Shown here piece after piece: positions 35,850 through 47,282 of a stretch of DNA of 64,000 bases (positions within the stretch are counted from its first letter, which is position 1; each line of letters begins with the position of its first letter). Below the pieces are notes generated by a model. The model had not been told where the DNA came from. It worked only from the letters and a program-made list of their open reading frames with translations, and did not search any database. The position numbers were made by a program, and so were the translations under genes. Origin of the DNA: Cyanophora paradoxa CCMP329 (lineage: Eukaryota; Plantae; Glaucophyta); the NCBI GenBank assembly GCA_004431415.1, contig QPMI01000075.1, positions 1-64,000 on the forward strand. The letters run 5' to 3'.

Positions 35850-36771
35850 ATTTGCGATCACTGAATTCGCACACACCGAGACAGTACAGCTAGTGATGTA
35901 ACTGGGGTGTCTGACTGTGTCATGTCGAAAGGTAACAATTTAGGCTAAGGCGCAATGCTAGCCATCAGAAACCGGACAGGGTGGAGCTATTGTACTGAGG
36001 AAAGCGACCTACACACACCTAGCAACGCTACTTACTCCTACCTAGAGAGCCAAATCAGGACAGAGCAACCATAACCCCCCCTCAAGACGTGGGAGCCTAC
36101 AGGAGAGAACCCAGGTATAAGCGAGGATATGGGGTTGGAGCCGCGCAGCCTGAACTATAGCCCTCCATCTGATAGGGAAGATGCGCACTAAGGGAGCAAA
36201 GCCAGCTAACCCCAGGGAGGGCCGGAAACCGGAGCCCGTGAGAGCCCGGGTGAAAACCGGCGGGCGCACAGCATCGCCGGCCGAAGCCGGCGACCTGTGC
36301 TCCTCGGCCGAGAGATACCTCCTCCAGCTGGCGCGCGTGCGCACGCGGAATCCGCTGCAGCGGGGTTGGGAGGCCCGGGCCGCCCGAGTGCTCAGAAGCA
36401 CGTCGCCTCGCCAGGAATCCAAGCATCTGTGCGGCCACGACGCCCACGGCCGCGACGCGGGCGTGCACTCACACGACCGGCGATCATCTGCGCGGGCGCA
36501 GCGCAGGTCGCCGACCCCATAGCCGCGGGCGGCCGATCGCTACCGCAGAGAAGTGCTTGGGCTGAACGAGAGAGCAGCTGCTAAAGCCGCCGCTGGTGTC
36601 CGCTGGAGTGGCTCGCCGAACCGACCCACGGAGCGGATTCCTAACGGACGCGCGGCTAACCAGCTAAAGGAGGGATGGAGGCGCCACCGAGGCGATTCGC
36701 GGCAGCCGGAGAGGCGCCCAGCGGGCAGGAGCCCGCCACCTACTTTCTCTCCAGGTCGGGGTACGCGAATC
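35850..36771 (-). mobile_element. 922-bp insertion with 15-bp TSD (probable 5'-truncated or non-autonomous retroelement of a second family)
   Basis: TSD ggtccaggtccgtca at 35835-35849 and 36772-36786. Its left ~130 bp is homologous to 47669-47800. Orientation is inferred. Confidence 0.8.
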
Positions 36772-37870
36772 GGTCCAGGTCCGTCAGCACGGGCGCGGCG
36801 CCGGGCAGCGGGGAGGCCGACAGCGTCCTGCAGGTCGCGCGGCGCGGGTGGAGGCGAGACAGGCGCGCTGGGGCTCGGCGGCGGCTCCACTTGAGGTCCA
36901 GGTCCGTCAGCACGGGCGCGGCGCCGGGCAGCGGGGCGGCCGACAGCGTTCTGCAGGTCGCGCTGCGCGGGCGGAGGCGAGACAGGCGGCGCGCTGGGGC
37001 TCGGCGGCGGCTTCACTTGAGGGCCAGGTCCGTCAGTCCGGGCGCGGTGCCGGGCAGCGGGGCGGCCGACAGCGTCCTGCAGGTCTCGCGGCGCGAACGG
37101 AGGCGAGACAGGCGGCGCGCTGGGGCTCGGCGGCGGCTTCACTTGAGGGCCAGGTCCGACAGCACGGGCGCGGCGCCAAGCAGCGGGGCGGCCGACAGCG
37201 TCCTGCAGGTCGCGCGGCGCGGGCGGAGGCGAGGCGCGGGGCGCGCTGGGGCTCGGCGGAAGCTTCAATTGAGGTCCAGGTCCGTCAGCACGGGCGCGGT
37301 GCCGGGCAGCGGGGTGACCGACAGTGTTCTGCAGGTCGCGCGGCGCGAGCGGAGGCGAGACAGGCGGCGCGCTGGGGCTCGGCGGCGGCTTCACTTGAGG
37401 TCCAGGTCCGACAGCACGGGCGCGGCGCCGGGCAGCGGGGCGGCCGACAGCGTCCTGCAGGTCTCGCGGCGCGGGCGGGGGCGAGGCGCGGGGCGCGCTG
37501 GGGCTCGGTGGCGGATTCACTTCAGGTCCAGGTCCGTCAGTCCGGGGGCGGTGCTGGGCAGCGGGGCGGCCGACAGCGTTCTGCAGGTCTCGCGGCGCGG
37601 GCGGAGGCGAGGCGCGGGGCGCGCTGGGGCTCGGCGGCGGCTTCACTTGAGGGCCAGGTCCGACAGCACGGGCGCGGCGCCAAGCAGCGGGGCGGCCGAC
37701 AGCGTCCTGCAGGTCGCGCAGCGCGGGCGGGGGCGAGGCGCGGGGCGCGCTGGGGCTCGGCGGCGGCTTCACTTGAGGTCCAGGTCCGTCAGCACGGGCG
37801 CGGTGCCGGGCAGCGGAGGGGCCGACAGCGTCTTGCAGGTCGCGTGGCGCGGGAGGGGGCGAGGCGCGCG
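36772..37870 (-). repeat. 126-bp coding tandem repeat, right part (~8.7 copies; ~15 in total with 20040-20585 and 35648-35849)
   Basis: Same 42-aa unit in ORF 36540..39527. Confidence 0.95.
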
Positions 37871-40800
37871 GGGTGCAGGGGCCCGGCTGCACATGTGGCA
37901 GGCGAGGCGTGATGCAGCAGTGGCCCCGGCAGGTGGTTAGACCCTGTCCGTCGATCCAACCGGTAGACGTCGGAGTGGTCATGCTCGAGGGCCCCTGCAG
38001 TCGCGTGCGGCCGCAAGCGAGGAGGGCAGCAGTAGCTCCAAGAGCAAGGGCAGCGAAAAGGGGACTGGGTAGAAGGGGGATGAGGCCTAGGGGAAGGTGC
38101 AGGACGGGTTGCGCAGCAGCGGGTTGAATGTGCGCCAAGAGGGCGGCGATGATGGTGAGGAGCTTGGGGGAGTAGTGTGGGTACGGGGCTTTCTTAAAGG
38201 GGCCACGGGGGGATATAGTGTCTAGAGCAGTTTGTAGGGCGTGGCCGACTAAGGCGGACACGGTCACTATCGAAAGAAATTCTAGGGGCTCTGGAGGAAG
38301 AACTAGGAGGAGGAGGAAAGGCAGGGCAAACGGTGCAGCCAGCACAGCCGGGGCCAGGCCCGGGTCATCTGAGACATAAAGTGCATGCAGGAGATCAGCC
38401 CCGAGCTGCCATAGTGCACAGGAAAGCACATGCCATTCGGCCGCAAGGAAGGCCGGGAAAATAATGGAAAATTCAAGGAGGCGGGGTGCGAGAAGGAGAG
38501 CGAAGTCGGCGAGGCGGGTCCAAGCAAACGCTGCCCGGCGGCGTGCCAAGGGGGACAGGACCGGGGGGGGGGCGAGGGGAGGTCGGGGGAGGGACAGGGC
38601 AGGTAAGGAGTTGAAGAAGAGCAGGGCCGGACGAGTCAAGAAGCCGCCGGCGGCGCCGGGAGAGGAGTGCGAGCAGGAGGATCCCGGCAGCTGGCGGGGG
38701 GGGAGGCAGGGGGGTAGGGGGAGGCGGGAGCGGGGGGAGGGAGAAGGGTGGGAGGGGGGGAGCAGTTGCTCGGGGTGTCCTAGGAGGAGGGGCGGGGGGA
38801 GGGCTGGTCGAGGGGGCCGGGTACGAGGGATCAATGAGCCATAGTGGGGACACGGGAATCGCTGCAATAACGAAGCGGAGGGCGCCGAAAAGGTGAGGGG
38901 CAGTTGTAAGGGGGGGTAGGGCAAGGAAACAGTGAAGGGAGAGGATAAGGAGGGGGACCCCGCGGTAAGGGCCTCCACATCGACGCCTTCGAGCTCGTCG
39001 CGCACGCTGGGCTTGCCGGCGGGCGCGGGTGAGGGGGGGACGGTGGGCGTTGGGAGCGGGATCGGGGGAGGCAAGATGGCGGAGGAAGCGGGCAGACAGC
39101 AGGAGGAGAAGCAGCGAGGGGAGGGCGAGGAAGGCGGGGGAGAGCTGAAGATAAGACGGGGGCCTGATAGAAGGAGGGGAGGAAGAGGCGGGAGAGGCGG
39201 GGAGAGGGGGCGGTGCCCTGGGGGTAGTCCACCAGGGGAGAGGGAGGGGGTCAGGGGGGGCCGAGAGAAAGGGCGATTCCGCGAAAGCCGCTGCTGAGGG
39301 GGTCCAAGGGGAGGAAAGGAGAGTTCTATGTAAGAGCCGGGCAATAAAAGGGTGCAGGGGGGGGTATTCTGAGAGGCGGGGGGGTAGCTGGAAGAGAAGT
39401 GAGAAAGGGGGTAGTGAGAGGGCGAGGAGAAAGGAAAGAAGAAAGAGGAGAGAGAGGGCGGAGAGGGCGAGGAGCTCGGGGGTTGTGATATGGGGCAGGA
39501 GAGGACACGAGCCATGTAGGAAGGCATGAAGGGGGGAAGTGGAGGCCGTACAGGAGGGAGGGGGGTCAGGGGCTGTCGTTAACGGGCTTCGGCACGGCTC
39601 CGGGGCGGGCTGGGGGCGGGGCTCTCGGGCTGGGCGGCGGCGGTTGGCGCGGCCCTTGAGGCGCCGGGCGAGGAGGGGCGGGCGGGGTCGGGGAAGGGAG
39701 CAGCCAGACGAGAGCGCAAAGCGGACCGTGAGGCGGACACCCCGGGGCGGGGCAGGAGAGCTGGCGAGGGAGCTGGCCTGCGGAGCCATCGGGCGCGTCC
39801 TCACAGCTGCTGGGGGGGGTAAAGAGGCCAGCTGTTCCGGAGGGCGAGGGCGGCTGCAACGTTACGACTTGCCCGTGCCGTCGAGAAGGGAGGGCGCGCG
39901 GCAGGGCGTCAGCGGGCGCTGGGTACGGGGGCGTACACGATTGGACGTTGCAGGACGGAGGCCAGGTAGGGGAGGTCGGGGCGGGAGGCGGCGCAGCAGA
40001 AACCTGCAGCTCAGCCGGTAGGGGGGGGGGGGGGGGGAGCTGAAGAAACGGCGGAGGCGACGCGGATGACTCTTCCGCGAGGCCCGGGGCCGGCGAGGCG
40101 AGGGACGGCTCTGATAGGGGGAGAAGGGCGAGCGCGGGAGCCAAGGAGTTGCACCAGCGAGGGCCGGGCGGGGTGTAGGGCAAGAGCGGGGGCGGGAGCG
40201 GCGAAGGCGCCGGCGGGCGGACCTCGGCAGGGGCCGCCAGGGCCGGCGACGGCGGCAGGGCGTGGGGCCTAGCAGCGGGGCGGGGCGGCGAGGGGGGCGG
40301 AGTAGGCGCGGCGATCGGGGGCCCCGGCGGAGGCCCGGGGGTCCGGGTTCGACTTCGCGGGGGGCGGGCTCGGCGGCATCGTCTAGGCGCCGGCGTCGTC
40401 GGACATAGCCCCGGACGCCGATTCCCACGGACAGGCTAAGCGCCATGAGTATCGCCAAGGCGGCCCAGCTGGGACTAGATAGGAGCCCGAGGATCTCAGA
40501 GGCGTAGACGTAGGGAGGGGAAGCCCAGGTGGAGGGTTCAGCTAGGGGCCCGAGGACCGGGGCAAAGCTAGCCGCCAGCGGGAGGAGGGTGAGGAAAAGA
40601 AAAGAAAACAGACCAAAAGTGGAGACGCCATGCCGGAGACCCAGTTTCCTGCGAGGAAGGTGTGGCATGAGAGGGTCGAGGTGGAGAGGCGGGCGGCGGG
40701 CGGGCGGGCGGGCACGCGCGCGCGGCGGAGAGCGAACAGCAGGGGGGCATCTTACCCCGGTGAGCCTTGCGGCCCCGGGGGATCGACGCGCGGGTTGCCT

Positions 40801-41300
40801 ATCCTCGGAGAGCCGGGCCGCGCGACGACGGCGTGTGGCCCCGTGGCATCGGCGCAGCGGGGGAGACCGGACGGCTAGCCAAACCGCACGACGACGGTGT
40901 AAGGCCCCGTTACATCGGTTCCTGTGTGGATTGAGGGGGGGCTTATTCATGGATAGCCAAACCGCACGACGACGGTGTAAGGCCCCATGACATCGGCCAG
41001 AGCGAGGCATGCCTTTAGCGTCGGCAGCGAACGCGGGGGGCACGTCGTTCGAACGTCGGCCGCCCGCGCCCGCCACGCAGTGAAAGAGGGGTGATTTGAG
41101 AACTGCGGGGCGGGCGTGAGGCCCGGGCGGGTGGCGCGAACGACGCGCGAGGCGGGGTGATGTCCCTTCGCAAGGGCGCATCGCACGGGGGCTTCTGCAG
41201 GAAGAAGGAGCATGTTCAGGATGTCGCCGCCCGGCTCGAGTTCCGTCGCGGGCGGCGTGTGCTGTTCGGTGGTCGCGCGGCCCTGGAATGGGCGCGGCGC
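36772..41300 (-). CDS. Retrotransposon N-terminal region, parts 1-2 (Pro-rich, several hydrophobic/TM-like segments); start uncertain
   Basis: ORFs 39862..41559, 38473..39804 and 36540..39527. Hydrophobic runs include FGLFSFLFLTLLPLAASF, WAALAILMALSLSVGIGV, APFALPFLLLLVLP, LLTIIAALLAHIQPAAA and LFAALALGATAALLA. Confidence 0.55.
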
Positions 41301-41913
41301 CACATCGTTCGACTCCCTCTGCACCGCCGAGCTGCGACGCCGCTAGGCTTGAGCCTTGTTGTTGGCGGTGCGTCGCGAGCCTGAATTGCGGCTCCGGTGT
41401 GCTCGGGCGGTGTCCTCCGGCTCCGTTTGGTGCCGGGAGGCTGCTTATGCTGCTGGACGATGCGCTAGCATCGCCAGTTTCCCGTACGCGCAGGCCTTCG
41501 CGATGGCCTGGGTACATCGTTTTTTTTTTCCACACAAAAATTGCGGATGGGTACATCACACAAAAATTGCGGATGGTTTTTACTAGCTACCGTCACTGAG
41601 TCACTTTATATGTCTGATGCCTCAAAAAGCTTGCGCTCTCTGCAGCTGGTGTAACTGGCGATGCACATATGGTTTACGAGGTCCGCGAAATGGTTTCCTA
41701 CCGTCAAACTGCAAGGAAGAAGAAAGCAAAGGGCAGCAGCATTTAAATCAGGGACCGTGATACGGAATTAACAAGAAAGGAAAAGCGTAAAACAAAACTG
41801 TTTTTGTGCATACAGACGAGATCTGTAAATATACAAGAGATTACGCTTGCAGCTGAGAATAGAACATCCTAGCCTAGATCTAGCTTCACGAGCTATTCAA
41901 AGATGCCCCCTAG

Positions 41914-42335
41914 CTAGCGAACATCATCGTCACGCCCGCCCGCAGCGCCACGGTGCAGCTGCCCTTGCCTCACCAGCTGCCGCAGTGCGTCGGAATTGTC
42001 GGCTGAAGGGCTCGCGGAAAGGGAGAGGGGAAGGGCGCGCGGCACCTGGGCGTAGTGTCCGTTCTTCGCGACGAGCTCGGCGTGGGTGCCCGCCTCGACG
42101 ACCCGCCCGTCCTAAGAACAGAGCGCGCGCACGCACGCCTCAGATGCGGGGGGCGCGCGGAGCGAATATCTTAGGGCCGAATATAAGCGGCGGCCTCCTA
42201 TCTATCTTTTGACCTCGAGGCGCGGGGCGCGCGGGGCGGGCTCGGGCCGGGGTCGGGGCCAGCGCACGCGGATGAACGCGATGGCGTGGGCGTTCCGGAC
42301 CGTCGAGAGGCGGTGCGCGACGACTAACGGGGGGG

Positions 42336-42369
<34 letters not shown>

Positions 42370-45300
42370 GGGATAATCAGGCTCGACGGAGCTGGCCATG
42401 GAGGGACGAAGTAACGAGTCCGAAGAAGCGGACCGATGGTTGTGCGGCCCTGCATGACGCGGTCCAGCGCCTCCTGCACCACCCGCTCGCTCTGCGTGTC
42501 CAGCGCCGACGTCGCCTGCGGCGCGACGGTGAGCGGCGGGCGGGCGGGGGCGTCGAGCTTGTGCGAGGGATGGGGGTTGTTTTTAGGACCTCGTCGAGGA
42601 GGAGGATGCGGGGGTTCTTGACGAGCGCCCGCGCGATGGCGATCCGCTGCTTCTGGCCCCCCGAGAGCTGCGAGCCCCGCGTCCCCACGTACGTCTCGTA
42701 CTGCGCGGGCCGTCAGCTCGGCTCAACTTAGCTAAGCTTAGCTATTAAATTTAAAGCTAAGCTTAGCTTAGGACACCTTAGCTTAGCTTAGCTTAGCTAA
42801 GCTAAGCGTGGACCGGGCGGACTCCGGCGGGCAGGGGGGCGACTCCGGGCTGGCTGTCCTTTATCAACTCTGACCGTCCCGGGCCCGGGCGGCTGGCTCG
42901 GCTTAAATCCAAGCAAGCTTGGCATCGGGCGCACGCCGGCGCGGGGAGGGAGGCGACGAATTCGGGCTTAGTAGCTCGGCTCAGCCTGGCTTAAAGCTAA
43001 GCTAGGCTTGGCTCGGATGAACGCACGCCGGCGGGGAGGGAGGCGACTCCGGGCTGGCTGTCCTTTATCAACTCTTAACCGTCCCGGGCGGCTGGCTTAG
43101 CTTAAAGCTAGGCTTGGTTTGGCATCTTTAACGCACGCCGGCGGGGAGGGAGGCGACGAGGTCGCGGGCGCTGGCGTCCCGCGCCGCCCGCTCCGTAGGA
43201 TAGAAGCGAGGGATTTAGGTCCCTCGCGGGTGTGGCGGAGGCGCTAGGCGTGCTTCCGTTCAAGAAGCGGCGGCGTCCCCCGTCCCCCGGCGAAGAGCCG
43301 AGCCTAGCTGGGACGCGTCCCTCCCAACGCCAACGCGGGTCGTGGGCGTCGGCGTCCCGCGCCGCCCGCTCCACCTCCGCGTCCGTCGCCTCCGGCCGCC
43401 CGTACCGGATCTGGGCCCCGCAGGCGCTTGTAAGAGAGAGAGAAAGAAAGATAGTAGAAGGACTGTAATAGTTATTGTGTGAGAGCGGAAGGCGGGCGGA
43501 CGTTGTCGCGGATGGATGCGGCGAAGAGGACCGGCTCCTGGGAGACGATCCCGATCTGCCCTCCGGGGCTCATGGGATTAGGGGACGAACGTTCCCGTTG
43601 CCTGGGGGAGGGGCGGGCTCCCGCCCGCCCGCCCGGCCGGGGCTCATGGGATTAGGGGGGGGAACGTTCCCGTCGCTTGGGGGAGGGGCCGGGCGGGCGG
43701 GCGGCTCGCGGCCCTTGATTAGGGGAGGAACGCTCACCTGCCGCCTGAAGTGCTTGAGGTGCAGCGTCCTGTGCGCGCGCGCGCGCGAAAGCGACGCCTC
43801 AGCGGTGCCGGTACTGATGAACAGCGAGAGAGCAGAGGGCGCGCCTGAGGTCCCGCCCGTCGACGAGGATCGAGCCCTGCTCGGGGTCGTAGAAGCGCTG
43901 CGCCAGCTGGATCACCGTGCTCTGCAGGGCGCCTCAGAGGCGGGGGCGGGGGCGGGGGCGAGGGGGGGACGAGAGCCGCGCCTTGCCGCAGCCCGAGGGC
44001 CCGACGAGGGCGAGCGTCTTGCCGCTGGGGACGGCGAGGTCCAGGCCCCTGAGGACCGCCACGCCCGGCCGCGTCGGCTGAGGGCGGCGCGCCCGTCAAG
44101 AAGGAACGAAGGAAGTAAGGGACAAGCGCACGTAGCGGAAGTGGACGTTCTGGAGGGTGAGCTCGCCCCGCTCGACGGGCGCCTTTTCCCCCGCCTCGCT
44201 CTCCGAGTCGATGGGCGGCTGCCGAAGATTGAGACGAAGGGAGATCAAGATCAATATGGAGATTAAGCGGCCGTCCGTAAATTAAAGAAGCTTAAGCTCA
44301 CGAGAAGGGCGGGAGCGGGGGCGGCGGGCGGCAAGATTAAGATTAAAGATTAATACTAGTGGCCCGGCCGCGTTTTGGCGCGCCGGGGGTGCAAGGGGGG
44401 AATCGGGATGTAATGAAAGAGTAGTAGTGGCACGAACATGCACGGGGCAGATGTAGATCGACCCCGGCCCAGCGCGCGCGGCAGGTTGAAGTAGTAAAGA
44501 TAGACACAGATTATATATGATTGAAAAGAGTAGAAAAGGGCTGATATGCAGACGCTGCGATCTAACCGAATAAAGAAAAGCCTGAATGAAAGGCCAGATT
44601 CAGCGCACTGTATATGAAAGACTGGTCTGGAGCGGAAAAACGCTGCGCATCATTTGTGTTCGCGCGGCCTACCCCTAACCCTGAACAGCTGGCTAAAAGA
44701 TGATGGTGTTGTCTGCAGAGGGCTCGCCGTAAACATAGGCGATCCAGGCCTTCTGGAGCGGGTCGAGGCGGAAGTCGCCCATGGGGGTGAGCGGCAGCCA
44801 GCGGCGGCGGTCCTGAAGAGAGCCGTCTTGCGAGAGCATGATGAGGCGGCCCGCCGCTTCGAATTCGAGCGCCCGCAGAGCCACGCGGCTGGCGCGCTGC
44901 TCGCTCCCGCTGCGCATCTGGTAGACAAGGTCTTGAATTTCGATATCCGCGAGGCTGGCGTCACGGAGGCGGTTGAGGACTCCCATGTGGAGGTCCTCGA
45001 TCGAGGAAGCCGAAATCTACAGGAGACAGCTAGCTATAGGGAGAACTGGTTCCATGCAGAACCGCGGAAGGAATTCGAAGACCGGAATGAGAGAGAAGTT
45101 GGTTTCCAGGCTTCAAGTCGAGGAAAACTGGTCTTCGCTAGAACCGCGGAAGGAATTCGAAGATCGGAATGAGAGAGAAGTTGGTTTCCAGGCTTCAAGT
45201 CAAGGAAAACTGGTCTTCGCCCTCGAAATCCTTTTTTTGCATGGACGGCCGCAGCGACAAACACGTGTCGCTGCAACCGAATTTCGGCCCATTTTTTTCC

Positions 45301-47251
45301 CGCGTTGCAAACTGGACCTCGAAAACGGCCTCATAGAAGAAATTTTGGCTGAAGCGAGGGAACGGGAAGCAAGGGGGGAAGACCTTCGGTCTTCTTTCCC
45401 CCCTTGCAATTAAGATTAAGCTGCCGTCCCACGTTGAGAGAAATGAAGCTTAAAGCGAAGGCGAAGGGCGGGCTGGCCGGCTGGCTGGCGCCGGGGCGGG
45501 CTGTGACTGCCGCACGACGCGGTCGAAAGCAAAGATGAAGGCTAAGATTAAGCTTCAGATTAGGATTAAGATTAATGATTATATATATGCTTAGGATCGG
45601 CGCGAGAGGCGCGCGCACGAGGCGGTCGAGGAGGCCGAAGACGGTGGCGCAGGCGGCCGTGGCCTTGACGAGGTCGGGCGCCTGCGACTGCGACTGCCCC
45701 GCCCCCATCGCCTGCGCGCCGGCGCCCGCGCGCGCGCGCCGCGGTGAGTTAGAGAGCCGAGTTTCGGCGAGTTTTGGAGGGCGCGGCCCGCGCGCACCAT
45801 CATCTGCGGGCCGGGGGCGATCCGATCAGACCAAGCGAGCGAGCTCAAATTTAAAGCGCGCAAAGATCGCACCACGATCGCCATCATCGTCCGGATCATC
45901 TGCGCCGGCGGCGTCAGACGGACTTCAGCGGCGGCGGAGGAGGAGGAGGAGGAGGGCGCGGCGGACCATCATGAAGTCCATCTCCCCGTTCTTGATGAGG
46001 CACCCGCCGTACCTGAAGGAAGGAGGAGAAAGAGGCTCGGCTCGGCTCGGGATCGAAGAAGAGGAGGAGGGAGGGAGGGGGGCGGGCGGGGGTGGGCGGA
46101 GCCGGGGGCGGGGGCGGGGCGCGAGCGAGCGCGCGCACCAGAAGATGAAGCCCTGGGCCGCGAAGTTGCAGAACTGCGAGAGGCCTGCAGCGGAGCCCGT
46201 GGGCCGGCGCGCGCGAAGCCGAAATCAGCCCCCCGAAGACGCTTATATAACGTGCTTATATATTACGCCTGCGCTTATTTATATATTTGCTGGAGCCGCT
46301 ATCACGCCGCCCGCGCACCGAAGCTGCAGCCGGAGACGTGCGCCTTCTTCTCGCCCGTCCGCTGCGGCCCGGCGAGGAGGCCGTCGTACGCGCCCAGCAG
46401 CCGCTGCTCGCTCGTGAAGCTGCCGAGGCCGGGGGGTTCAGAATCATTGGAGGAGGTTCAGAATCTTCGGAGAGAGGCAGCGGCAATCTTCGGCGGCGTC
46501 TCCGGCCGCGGACGCCCCGCCCCGCCCCGCCCCGCCCTGGATCGGGTCGGGTCGGACCTGGCGACGGTGCGGACGTTGGCAACGGTGTCCCCCGCGAGCT
46601 TCCCCGCCTGCGCCGCGCCCCGCCCCGGCCGTCAGCTTTCGCGGCTTCGCTGCTGCGCCGCGACACGTATATGCATGCGCGCCTGCTCGTAGGTGTCGCG
46701 GTCGGCGCCGAAGCCCTTCATGAACTGGACCCGCACGACCTCCCCGACGGCGAACGCCGGCGCTGCCCGCCCGCGCCTCAGGGCGCGCGCAGTGGAGCGC
46801 GGCGAAGCTTAAGCGGGCCGGGCACCGACGGCGAGGGTGACGAGGGCGAGCTTCCAGCCGGAGACGAACGCGATGACGAGGCCGCAGGTCACGGTCGCGA
46901 TCAGCTCGCACGTCGAGCCCAGCTGCGCTCGGCGGGTCAGCACCGGAAGGGAAAAGGGGCGGAGTTCGAAGGGCGGGGGCGGACGCGGGCGGTGGTGGCG
47001 CCCTGCACGAGCGACGCGTCCGTCTGCAGGTTCGTCGTCACCTGCGCAGGCGTCCGGTCCGCACTTAGGAGACGAAGAGGAGGAAGCAGAGTCCGACCGC
47101 GCGGAGCTTAAGCTATTAGCCGTAAGCTATTAGCCGTACGCTACAAGCCATAAGCTATAACCATAAGCTACAAGCTTAGCTTCTCCGAGGCTCGCCTAGC
47201 ACTAAGAGGAAGAAGAAGGGTCCCGCCGAGTGGAATCGGTGTGTGGGGGGT

Positions 47252-47282
<31 letters not shown>

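Larger units (their letters stand above)
7331..41556 (-). mobile_element. Giant APE-type non-LTR retrotransposon (~18.2 kb net of two nested insertions), RNase H-bearing (L1/Proto1-like)
   Basis: Poly(T) on + at 7330-7339 (poly(A) tail). TSD cacacaaaa(a)ttgcggat at 7314-7330 and 41557-41574. APE, RT, RNase H and CCHC motifs lie in order on the minus strand. The reading frame in the 126-bp repeats joins across both nested insertions. Confidence 0.9.

Noticed and set aside
40810-40990. Short ~63-78 bp tandem repeat near the LINE 5' end, and a ~42-bp duplication at 4410-4497
   Set aside because: Real but minor local duplications with no evidence of function.
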